Shown one piece after another: positions 18,207 to 27,093 of a stretch of 55,069 bases of DNA; positions within the stretch are counted from its first letter, which is position 1, and each line of letters begins with the position of its first letter. Under the pieces are notes generated by a model that saw only the letters and a list, made by a program, of their open reading frames with translations, was not told the origin of the DNA and made no database searches. Both the position numbers and the translations under genes were made by a program. The stretch lies in IMG/VR virus record IMGVR_UViG_3300024999_002465, positions 1 through 55,069 of that record. One strand, 5' to 3'. The DNA is from a virus (Duplodnaviria; Caudoviricetes).

Positions 18207-18764
18207 ATGGATATTATTATGGATATTTTAAGGAATAATAGATATTTTATTATTGTGATGGTTTTATTGATTTATTTATGTAGTAGGAAATATGTTGGTA
18301 ATGATATGAAGGATACTTGGATTATGCCTGTAGATGGAGTAATTACACAAGAGTTTAAGGGGGATTTACATCATGGAATTGATATAGGTTGTGGGACAAC
18401 TCTTATTCGTGCGTCTAATAATGGAATAGTTTCTTTTGTTGGATGGAAAGTCGTGTATGGTAATTGTGTGATGATTTCTCATAGTGACAACGCAGAAACA
18501 TTATATGGTCATAATAGTGAAATTTTAATTAAAGTTGGAGATAAAGTTAAACAAGGAGATACCATTGCAATTAGCGGAAATTCTGGAAGAAGTTTTGGGA
18601 TACATTGTCACTGGGAATACAGGAAAAATGGTATTTGTTACAATCCATTAGATTTTGTTGGTAAGAATATACAAAATATAAAAATGGACAAGAGTAATAT
18701 TTTGCCTGATTTTGATGCTAATGTGTATTTACCACAGAATATTGATGGGTTTAAAGATGAGTAA
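18207..18764 (+). CDS. Membrane-anchored M23 peptidoglycan peptidase
   Basis: N-terminal TM; HHGID, YGN.V.I.H, LYGH, GNSGRS.G.HCHWE, NPLDF. Confidence 0.92.
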   Translation: MDIIMDILRNNRYFIIVMVLLIYLCSRKYVGNDMKDTWIMPVDGVITQEFKGDLHHGIDIGCGTTLIRASNNGIVSFVGWKVVYGNCVMISHSDNAETLYGHNSEILIKVGDKVKQGDTIAISGNSGRSFGIHCHWEYRKNGICYNPLDFVGKNIQNIKMDKSNILPDFDANVYLPQNIDGFKDE

Positions 18765-18816
18765 TTGGACATGCTCATCTTTTTAATAAAATATATTAAA
18801 AACTATCATTAAAAAG

Positions 18817-18845
18817 TTGCATTTCGAATAGATAATCAATATAAT
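18817..18845 (+). promoter_or_regulatory. sigma-A promoter
   Basis: TTGCAT-17-TATAAT. Confidence 0.6.
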
Positions 18846-18867
18846 AGTGTGAAAGGGTTGATTTTAG

Positions 18868-20430
18868 ATGATTATTCGATTGAACGATATGGTGAATCAA
18901 TTGGTTGATGAAAATATGGCAAATAAAGGAGATAATGAAATGGGTAGAAAGGCTAAGACAAGAGTGGAATTGTACGGTCAGGATGTTAAGGACGAAGTTA
19001 AGGAAGAGGTAATTAATATGGCACAAGATGCGTTGAATCAGGTAGCAGTTGGGTTTCAAGAGGTATTGGATGAGGAAGATAGGATTGAAGATGAAGATAT
19101 GGTACAGCAACATGATGTGGAATTGGTTAAGGAAATGGAAAATGAGAGTGATAAAATTTGGGATAAAGGAGTTAAGGATGGAGAAATGCCTCCAATGATG
19201 ACTTTGAGTGAAAAGATGAAATTGGAATCAGAAGGTGAAGAGGATAAAGGGCAAATGAAGAATGAGGAATTTAATGAAGAGAAGGATGAAGCTCAAAGGA
19301 AAAAAGATGAGTTGGCTAAAAAACGCGAACTGCGTAAACTTAAACAAGAATTAAAACAAAACGACTTAAAATTAAAAGAAAGTACAAGTTGGTCATTTTC
19401 TCCGGTAATTCCTGTTTACAATCAAGGAGAAATTATCAAGTACATTTGTACAATATCCTCATTTGACCTTGCCTCCTACTTTGAAAATTTTATTATACGC
19501 TTCATTCCTAGCATTCAGAGAGGAAGCGTTGTTACCCCATCAGGTAAAGAAAAGGATAATTTCTCCAATAAACACGTAAACGATATTTTTCAAGCTTTTA
19601 CAAAAAGAAAAATTTTTGGAAATACAATTGTGTTAAATTATTCAACGAGTAATGAATCAGATTTAGTGTATAATCCAGAAGATAATAGTATTACTGGAGA
19701 AGGGTACTTACAGGGGATCGACTTTTCTCACAGGGCTAGGGCATCCATTAAATGGAAAAATGCGTGGATCAAAAATCCAGACCAATATGACGATCCTAGA
19801 CAATTTCAATTTAATTGTGAGGTAAATACCATTTCTGACGAAGATGCAAGACAAATGTTCGCAGAATTGAATAATTTTTCGCTTAAGGTCAACCCCACAA
19901 GAACACACTATCTTGATAATAGTAATTATGCTAACAAAATTGCAAGAAGAATTGAAAAGGAGTCAGATTTAAAAAACAAAATCGAAACAGTTAGCACAAC
20001 AATCAAGAGTTCTAGCCCTAATATTTGCAGTTATGGAGTTTTAACAAATTCAATCAAAAAAAATTATAAAGAACCTCAAACTAAATTAGAGCAAACAAAT
20101 GTTGAAAATTGGTTAATAGAATATATTGATGAACTTGTATCAATCTTCCCACAATTTATGGCTAATTCTGATTTAGAATCTAAGAATAGTTTAAAGAAAT
20201 TATATTTCACAATCGAACCTCTCGCTATGGGGGCAATGATAGCATTGAGTGCTGTTTTAAAAGATGATCCTGACTGGAAGATTAAACTTGCTAAATTAGC
20301 AAAAGATGATTTCTTTTTGAGAACAGATAAGCGTTGGAGACCAGTCCTTAAAGAAGGTGGAAAAATTATTAATGGCACATCAAGCGTTAAGTATTTTAAT
20401 GAAACCGTAATAAATTGGTGTACTAAGTAA
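18868..20430 (+). CDS. DGQHR/DndB-like (ParB-Srx fold) protein with acidic and coiled-coil N-terminus
   Basis: IQRG, NTIVLN, GIDFSHR (variant of IDGQHR), ARQMFAELN. Confidence 0.7.
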   Translation: MIIRLNDMVNQLVDENMANKGDNEMGRKAKTRVELYGQDVKDEVKEEVINMAQDALNQVAVGFQEVLDEEDRIEDEDMVQQHDVELVKEMENESDKIWDKGVKDGEMPPMMTLSEKMKLESEGEEDKGQMKNEEFNEEKDEAQRKKDELAKKRELRKLKQELKQNDLKLKESTSWSFSPVIPVYNQGEIIKYICTISSFDLASYFENFIIRFIPSIQRGSVVTPSGKEKDNFSNKHVNDIFQAFTKRKIFGNTIVLNYSTSNESDLVYNPEDNSITGEGYLQGIDFSHRARASIKWKNAWIKNPDQYDDPRQFQFNCEVNTISDEDARQMFAELNNFSLKVNPTRTHYLDNSNYANKIARRIEKESDLKNKIETVSTTIKSSSPNICSYGVLTNSIKKNYKEPQTKLEQTNVENWLIEYIDELVSIFPQFMANSDLESKNSLKKLYFTIEPLAMGAMIALSAVLKDDPDWKIKLAKLAKDDFFLRTDKRWRPVLKEGGKIINGTSSVKYFNETVINWCTK

Positions 20431-20440
20431 AAACAAATAA

Positions 20441-20484
20441 TATTATAGAGAGCAATACAAATTAATGTATTGCTCTCTATAATA
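20441..20484. terminator. Bidirectional terminator between convergent genes
   Basis: TATTATAGAGAGCAATACA / TGTATTGCTCTCTATAATA. Confidence 0.85.
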
Positions 20485-21990
20485 TTATTTGTTGATTTCT
20501 AAATATTCATCATAATACATCCATACCAATTTAGTTCCATCTGGTAATTTTCCTGCCGATTTTTGTCCGCTATTATTTCTACAACACGCGGATATGCTTG
20601 TCGCAGGTATATCGTATCTTTCACTAGCTTCTTTTTGTGAATTAAACACATCTCCTGTTGTTAAACATATTATTTGATTATTTCTTTTTCCGTAAACACA
20701 CCATCCCATCTCTGATCCTTTTCTAAGGTATCTTCTAATTGTAGAATTGCTTATTTTTAAAATTTCTTTTATAGTTTCAATATTATCAATTCCACTATTC
20801 CATAAATTACAAACCAATTTTATATCCCCAGAGTAAGCATACTCTGAACATTTTAACCAATCAATGTCGTTCTCTTTAAAGTTTAATATTGTAGGAAGTG
20901 TGCTTGATAATATTTTCTTCTTTATCCATTCCATATCAGACTTCCTACAATCTAAAATTATATAATTTTCAATACCATTTTCCTTTGCTAATTGCTCTTT
21001 TAATTTATCATTTCCTTGTGTTTCACTTAAAACCATATTCCAACTACTCTTAATTTCCTTATAATGTTGCAACCCGTGTGTCTCTATAATTCCTACAGAC
21101 GGTATGTAGAAATCATATTTATAATCTTTGCACCACTCTAATGTAGTTTTTGATAATTGTGTTATAAAATCAATTGTATTCAATTGTTCTAAAACACTAA
21201 ATAGAAATCTTTCTGGATATGTCCCAGAAGAACATTTTGGGCATCCAAATCCAAATCTTCTAAGGTTTGTGATTATAATTTCTTTTTCAAATCCACAAGT
21301 TATGCAAATTGCAGAAACACTTAACCCAGAACCAGATGAATATTTTAATGCATCCTCTTTATTTACCAAATATTTTACCAAATGTGGGTGAGTGACTGCT
21401 AATACATTTGTATCACATTGGATACAAACAACACTTCCTTTTTGACCAGCAACGAATCCGCTGATACGCTTTTGCTCAGATTTATGATTTTTATGATTTA
21501 GACATTTAAACCAATAACCCACCCCATTTAATCCACTAGAGCTACAACTAACATCTTTAGGGCTTAATTTGTTCCCACTCTTATCAATATTCAATTCATA
21601 ATCCCATCGAGATATTATCGCACTAGCTTCTTCACTAGTTAAGTTTATATAACACCATTCGTAAAAAGAAACCCATTTTTTATATCCATTTTGAGCGCAT
21701 TTTTGACAATAATACTCTCCATTTTCTCGTACATATCTTTTGTAATCCTGCCATTTTATGCCTATCATTATAACTCCACAACCATCACATTGAGTATCAA
21801 CTAATACATCGGAACCATCGGACAAATCTTCTACTTTAACTAATATATTTTTATTGCAATCTACAACCATAATATTTTTTCTTTGTGAATGACACTTTTC
21901 AGGTAATGAATATCCTTTATCTTTATACCAAGTTATAACTCTTGAGCTTAACCCAACTTCAACTTCTTTTGTAATCAATCCCATTATCAA
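20485..21990 (-). CDS. Zinc-ribbon repeat / PD-(D/E)xK nuclease-like protein with C-terminal NUMOD1-like domain
   Basis: Many CxxC; YKYDFYIP..IIETHG.QHY; IICLTTG.VFNS..EA...ISACC. Confidence 0.7.
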   Translation of the reverse strand: MIMGLITKEVEVGLSSRVITWYKDKGYSLPEKCHSQRKNIMVVDCNKNILVKVEDLSDGSDVLVDTQCDGCGVIMIGIKWQDYKRYVRENGEYYCQKCAQNGYKKWVSFYEWCYINLTSEEASAIISRWDYELNIDKSGNKLSPKDVSCSSSGLNGVGYWFKCLNHKNHKSEQKRISGFVAGQKGSVVCIQCDTNVLAVTHPHLVKYLVNKEDALKYSSGSGLSVSAICITCGFEKEIIITNLRRFGFGCPKCSSGTYPERFLFSVLEQLNTIDFITQLSKTTLEWCKDYKYDFYIPSVGIIETHGLQHYKEIKSSWNMVLSETQGNDKLKEQLAKENGIENYIILDCRKSDMEWIKKKILSSTLPTILNFKENDIDWLKCSEYAYSGDIKLVCNLWNSGIDNIETIKEILKISNSTIRRYLRKGSEMGWCVYGKRNNQIICLTTGDVFNSQKEASERYDIPATSISACCRNNSGQKSAGKLPDGTKLVWMYYDEYLEINK

Positions 21991-22125
21991 TCATTCCTCT
22001 TTCCTTTATAAAGACAAGTAAAACGAGAAATTCCAATTATAAATACCAAATAAAAATTTCTCATTTTACTTTCATTAAATTTACAATCAACAAAACTAAA
22101 ACCTTCACAAACCAAACCACAATGA

Positions 22126-22548
22126 TTATGTATTCTTACTCTTATACTTTCTATAAATATCCCTAACTGCCTTACGATACGCTCCTATACATCCCTTCTT
22201 AATCTCTTTAATTACAATAGAAGAATTATAATGCCAATTTAACATTCGATCTCTTCTCAGTTCATCATGCTTCTTACAATTCTCTGTAATAAGATCCGTC
22301 CACTCTTGCTTAGTAAACTCAATTACTTCCCAATCTAAATTCTCATATTCAGCAAGTAAATTTAATTCCCTAAGTTTCTTAATTTTACGCTCAACATCTT
22401 CTCTACCCAAATTAACTGACATTGGATAAGTTTGTGAATAATAGTCCCATTTCCAGTCTGCGTTGCGTTTAATCATTGAATTTGAACAGATATTGATCGA
22501 ACCATTATAGCTACCATTATTATCCTTAACGCAATATATCTTTTCCAT
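22126..22548 (-). CDS. Hypothetical protein
   Basis: AGGAGG RBS; own promoter. Confidence 0.7.
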   Translation of the reverse strand: MEKIYCVKDNNGSYNGSINICSNSMIKRNADWKWDYYSQTYPMSVNLGREDVERKIKKLRELNLLAEYENLDWEVIEFTKQEWTDLITENCKKHDELRRDRMLNWHYNSSIVIKEIKKGCIGAYRKAVRDIYRKYKSKNT

Positions 22549-22599
22549 GTAAAATTCCTCCTAAAATTTAATTAGCAAAGTCATCCTTTACTAATTAAT

Positions 22600-22628
22600 A
22601 TTATACAGGAGAATGTGGATTATGTCAA
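22600..22628 (-). promoter_or_regulatory. Consensus sigma-A promoter
   Basis: TTGACA-17-TATAAT. Confidence 0.8.
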
Positions 22629-22662
22629 CATTAAATTTACTAAATACAACAAAAAGTTTTCC

Positions 22663-22869
22663 TTAATCCTCATTGACTAATTCGAATATATCTTCCATCT
22701 TTAAATCTAAGACATGAGCAATACGCATAGCAGTTTCTAAATTTGTTCCTTTTCTATTTGCAATCACAGACGATAATGTGCTTCTATCTATACCAATCTT
22801 TTCTGCTAACCAAATCTGTTTCAGACCTCTCTCATCCATAATCTCTTTTAATCTATTTTTTACTACCAT
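22663..22869 (-). CDS. XRE/Cro-family HTH regulator
   Basis: MVVKNRLKEIMDERGLKQIWLAEKIGI...LETAMRIA..L...MEDIF. Confidence 0.9.
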   Translation of the reverse strand: MVVKNRLKEIMDERGLKQIWLAEKIGIDRSTLSSVIANRKGTNLETAMRIAHVLDLKMEDIFELVNED

Positions 22870-23054
22870 ACTGTTTATCACTCCAATCTCTAATCTATTA
22901 TACCAGAAACACATATGCCATAACCACATATAAAAGTGAAGTGAAACAACAATAAGTACACGAACAACTTATACTAATATTATATCACGAGACATAATAC
23001 AAAGTCAAATAACATTATTTATTGATTTGTAATCCAATCCAAAACCAAAAAACC

Positions 23055-23190
23055 TTTACATTCCTCTCACTCCATGCTAAAATAAACATGAGTTATCATC
23101 TAACTAACTCATCTAGCTTCTAACCAAATATCGTCTCTGCTTCAAAGTAATTATGGTTAATGCATGACTATAATTACTTTCTTTTTTATG
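23055..23190 (+). ncRNA. Candidate small RNA (~100 nt) with promoter and terminator
   Basis: TTTACA-17-TAAAAT with TG; 5' hairpin ATGAGTTA/TAACTCAT; terminator AAAGTAATTATGGT/ACTATAATTACTTT plus T-tract; no RBS-led ORF. Confidence 0.55.
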
Positions 23191-23403
23191 TTTATATAGA
23201 TTTACATACAAAAATAAACCACACAATCCAATTAGAAACATGTGGTTTATAAATTTATAATTATTTATTAATTTCATTATAAAATAGAGGAAGTTGTTTA
23301 GAACTCCCTCTGAGGATGAAAGAAAGAGAGTGTAAATGAAAATGAATCACTTACACATTCATTGTAACATTATTTCTATAGTTGTATCAAGTGTGGTGTT
23401 TAT

Positions 23404-24213
23404 TTATTGGTTTATTGATTTCTCAATAATAATCTTAGGATAACTCCTTACTGGACAATCAATATTGTATTTTTCCTTAATCTCTTTATTAGCAGTCACT
23501 TTAACCAATCCATAACTATCTAATATTTCCTGAATACTACCAATTAACTCTCTAGTATAAATTGCATTAGATGTAGAATGAGTACAGTCATATACTTTTG
23601 CAAATTCTTCTATTATATCTTCTGTCATAAAATACTCTTGATTAATATTTTCTTTCAGGTTGCTAATTGCAATACTTAATGCTTCTAACTTATCAGATTT
23701 TGTCCTTATTACTTGTTTATCTATTAATCCTAAATCCATCAAATGCATCTTAATTGTATATGGAGACCTATTTGCAATTGTTGCAATTTCTTTTATAGTA
23801 TTGCCTTTAAGATATAATTCACTTACTTTATCAATATCTATTTTATCATTAATATTGATTATTTTATTTGTTGACCTAAATCTAGGTTTAATTATGACAT
23901 AATCTTTAAACAATAAATTAACAATCTCAAAATTTATTTTGCCACCATCTATAAAATCTATATTATATTTTGGTTTTTCATTAGCAATATAATATATCTC
24001 ATAAATATGTGCCTCATTGCGATTTAATTTATCAGAAGTAGTTATTTTTGTAATTTCTTCAAACCAATATTTATCCTGTTTGTGTTTTGTTAATCTAATT
24101 TTCATATTATTTGTAATGCCAACATACAACAATTCATTGTTTATATTATGGAATTTATAAACTAAATTATCCTGTATGTTATTTTGCTCATTTATATTAT
24201 TAATAATCATCAA
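23404..24213 (-). CDS. GIY-YIG nuclease with HTH and a shared C-terminal domain
   Basis: VYKF....ELLYVGIT...R...H...K.W, E.YYI...KPKYN. Confidence 0.8.
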   Translation of the reverse strand: MMIINNINEQNNIQDNLVYKFHNINNELLYVGITNNMKIRLTKHKQDKYWFEEITKITTSDKLNRNEAHIYEIYYIANEKPKYNIDFIDGGKINFEIVNLLFKDYVIIKPRFRSTNKIININDKIDIDKVSELYLKGNTIKEIATIANRSPYTIKMHLMDLGLIDKQVIRTKSDKLEALSIAISNLKENINQEYFMTEDIIEEFAKVYDCTHSTSNAIYTRELIGSIQEILDSYGLVKVTANKEIKEKYNIDCPVRSYPKIIIEKSINQ

Positions 24214-24337
24214 ATTCCTCCTATATCATGAAGATAATGCATGACATTTTCCGCAAAGTGTTCTATATCCTATTTTCATCTGAACTCCTATCATCCAATT
24301 AGTTATATTTTGCAATTGAACTTCTGTATAATATTTC

Positions 24338-25102
24338 TTATTCAAGTATATAATTTATTACATCGAAACCATCATAAACCCTAATTCCCATATAACCATC
24401 TTTACTTTCTTTTATTTCATAAAACTCAAAGTTATTCTTATAAAAAACTTCTCTTTGGCCTCCATGCCCATTTTCAATAATAACTTTTTTGAAGTTTAAT
24501 TTATAAATACTGTCTTTACATATTTTTATATTTATTCCTTGGAAATCTTTCATAGCTAAATTACCTTTATCTGTAAACAATGTTATGTTATCAAAAGATT
24601 CAAAATCAATACTCGCAAAATATCTATATAGATAATATATAAAGTCATTAAATATATGCTCAACTGGATCTCTATCCTGTATACCTCTATAAATCAATTC
24701 TTCGTTTTGCTTATTTATAATCATATATATTATTTTATATTTATTTACTAATTCATTTTCTTCTTGTATAATTTCTTTAAAATCATAATTATCATTCATT
24801 AAACAAGCATTGGCTAATAGTGAAATATTATAACCATTCTTTGGATTATAACATTGTAAAGTATCCATCCAATGTTGTTCTCTTGTGAATAAATCCTCTT
24901 GTATAATTACATCTTCGACAATATCAAATTTGAAATTACTTTCATTATATTTATCCCACGCATATTGCAGATGCCGTGAGTGATGTTTTCCTGATTTTAG
25001 TAAACTTCTATGTTGACTCCATCTATTTTCTATATTTTTAGAACTACCTATGTATATCTTCCCATTAATCATATTTTCTATTTTATAAATTCCCATACTC
25101 AT
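24338..25102 (-). CDS. GIY-YIG homing endonuclease-like protein
   Basis: GIYKIEN..NGKIYIGSS..I..RW..H, REQHW, GYNI. Confidence 0.88.
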   Translation of the reverse strand: MSMGIYKIENMINGKIYIGSSKNIENRWSQHRSLLKSGKHHSRHLQYAWDKYNESNFKFDIVEDVIIQEDLFTREQHWMDTLQCYNPKNGYNISLLANACLMNDNYDFKEIIQEENELVNKYKIIYMIINKQNEELIYRGIQDRDPVEHIFNDFIYYLYRYFASIDFESFDNITLFTDKGNLAMKDFQGINIKICKDSIYKLNFKKVIIENGHGGQREVFYKNNFEFYEIKESKDGYMGIRVYDGFDVINYILE

Positions 25103-25127
25103 AATTAAATGACCTCCTCAAATTTAT

Positions 25128-25787
25128 TTATTCCGTATCAAATAATTCCATAGTTTCTTCTTCTATTTCGGACATAAAATAAGAAGGTATTTCACCTTCA
25201 ATAATTGCTCCTGCACACATATAATGAGGATTTACAAATATTTTCTTATGTAATCCATCTTTATATCTCTTGATTAGATTTTTCTTTTCTAAAGACTTTA
25301 TAATATCATTTGCTTTTCTAGGACTCATCCCTGCTAACTCTGCAAGATATTCTACCGTAGGAAATTCTCTGTCTATAATTACACAATTTGTTCTGAACTC
25401 AACAAATGGCTGAATAGTGAACATGAATCCCTTTTCAAAAATATCCAATGTCTTATTCATAATTAACTCGACTCCTTCACCCCTATATACTTTAATGAAT
25501 AAGTCCTTCTTTGTGTCTTTCCAAGCAATACATGTTGTTTCAATTGGTACTTTATCACTTTTATTCTTTATTTTTCTATTTACATCAATACCATATTTTC
25601 TTAATAATTTTGAATGTTCATGAAAATCTTTTAACTGAGCATTTTCAATTTCTCTCTTGACTGCTCCCAAATATTCTAAATTATTAAATGATTCTCCAGT
25701 AAGAAGATAAACATAACGATCATCATCAATTTTGTGCCATTGTATATCAATTTGTTTTTCTAAATCAGTTGGCATAATCAAATGCAA
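25128..25787 (-). CDS. RepL-like winged-helix protein
   Basis: FIKVY, LAELAGMS.RKA..IIKSLEKKNLI, IFVNPHY. Confidence 0.7.
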   Translation of the reverse strand: MHLIMPTDLEKQIDIQWHKIDDDRYVYLLTGESFNNLEYLGAVKREIENAQLKDFHEHSKLLRKYGIDVNRKIKNKSDKVPIETTCIAWKDTKKDLFIKVYRGEGVELIMNKTLDIFEKGFMFTIQPFVEFRTNCVIIDREFPTVEYLAELAGMSPRKANDIIKSLEKKNLIKRYKDGLHKKIFVNPHYMCAGAIIEGEIPSYFMSEIEEETMELFDTE

Positions 25788-25927
25788 CCCCTTCCTTTAT
25801 GAGTATTTACGAATATTCCTAAACTAACTGCATGTGGTGCAGTAAGAAAACTCTAATATGCAAAATATATTTATTTTAAAACCTGCAAATGTGCTTATAT
25901 CAATGGTTTCAAAACAAGTTTCTCAAT

Positions 25928-26203
25928 TTACTTCTTACTTCTTAAATAGTTCCCCAAGTATTCTCGAACAGTTTTGAGAATACTATTTTTGCATTTTCCA
26001 AACTCAATAAGATTTAATGAAATATTATTAGAATTATAATTTTTATAAATATTGATAAATTCATTTTTATTTCCTTCAAAATGTAAAAATACTTTTGGTT
26101 TATTACCACGTTTTTCTACAACATCAAATCCAACATGTTTAAATCCAAGATAATTTAAATAAGCACAAAAATTAGAATCACTATACCTAAATAAAACTTC
26201 CAT
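25928..26203 (-). CDS. Hypothetical phage protein (DUF5659-like)
   Basis: D.NFCAYL...G......KVFLHF pattern; AGGAGG RBS. Confidence 0.6.
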   Translation of the reverse strand: MEVLFRYSDSNFCAYLNYLGFKHVGFDVVEKRGNKPKVFLHFEGNKNEFINIYKNYNSNNISLNLIEFGKCKNSILKTVREYLGNYLRSKK

Positions 26204-26237
26204 AATTAAATGTCCTCCTTTAATAATTTTATATTTT

Positions 26238-26372
26238 CTAAACTAAATCTTTAATTACTTGTGATACTCTGTGCTTTAATTTTCTTTCAAATTGATTTTC
26301 TTGGTCTTCTATTATTTCACCAGTTTCTTTATTAATAATTTGATTATCATTTGTTTTTATGTATTTTGACAT
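26238..26372 (-). CDS. Small hypothetical protein (44 aa)
   Basis: AAGGTGGTG RBS; INKETGEII motif. Confidence 0.5.
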   Translation of the reverse strand: MSKYIKTNDNQIINKETGEIIEDQENQFERKLKHRVSQVIKDLV

Positions 26373-26542
26373 ATTTATTAACACCACCTTAATTTTTATT
26401 AAATAATTAAATAATCAATCCTAGTCATTGAGCGTCAGCGAAATGGCTAGAAGAGTGCAACGCTTTGCACGATACACTTGTTTTTGTTAGGGTTCTCTTA
26501 TACTTTGTCAATAATTAATTTAATTTTCATTTCTTAAACATC

Positions 26543-26631
26543 TCCTTTAATATTTTATTTGTTTCCTTAAAAGTATATAAAGGGAATGCACTAAGGATTG
26601 TGCAGTTCGGATGGCCTATCCTATCCCTTTA
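26543..26631 (-). ncRNA. 3-way-junction leader element, copy C
   Basis: Stems UAAAGGGA/UCCCUUUA, GGAU/AUCC (loop AGGCC), UGCAC/GUGCA (loop AAUCCUUA, complementary to downstream UAAGGA). Confidence 0.55.
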
Positions 26632-26717
26632 CTGTGTTATTTCAACACAAAAAGAAACACTTCAAATTAATGAAGTGCCTCAATTTCTATTGTAATATTA
26701 AATTATAAAATCACCAA

Positions 26718-27002
26718 TCAAAATGGACAAGTATCATCTATAATATCCTTATCCTTTGATTTATCTTTTACTTTCTTCATAGAATCAATCAACTCTTCAC
26801 ATTCCCATGGAGTTAGTTCTCTATATTCACTATCCTCAATATCTTTTTCATAATATCTATCATTCTCGTAACATAAAATATGTAGATAATCATGTATTTC
26901 TTTTGCAGTCGTATTATCACTTTCATTCTCATATTGAGATTTAGACAATAAATCAATGAGAAATTTTGCTTCATATTCGTTTAATCCTAAGAATTTTTTC
27001 AT
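26718..27002 (-). CDS. Hypothetical acidic protein
   Basis: AAGGAG RBS. Confidence 0.65.
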   Translation of the reverse strand: MKKFLGLNEYEAKFLIDLLSKSQYENESDNTTAKEIHDYLHILCYENDRYYEKDIEDSEYRELTPWECEELIDSMKKVKDKSKDKDIIDDTCPF

Positions 27003-27093
27003 GTTGTTTTTATCTCTCCTTTTGTTTATTAATTAATAAAGAGTTGTCCAGATCGGACAACCCCTTATATAGATGTGTAACATTTATGCATAA

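Noticed and set aside
18868-20430. Dnd phosphorothioation system
   Set aside because: No dndA/C/D/E homologues in the window
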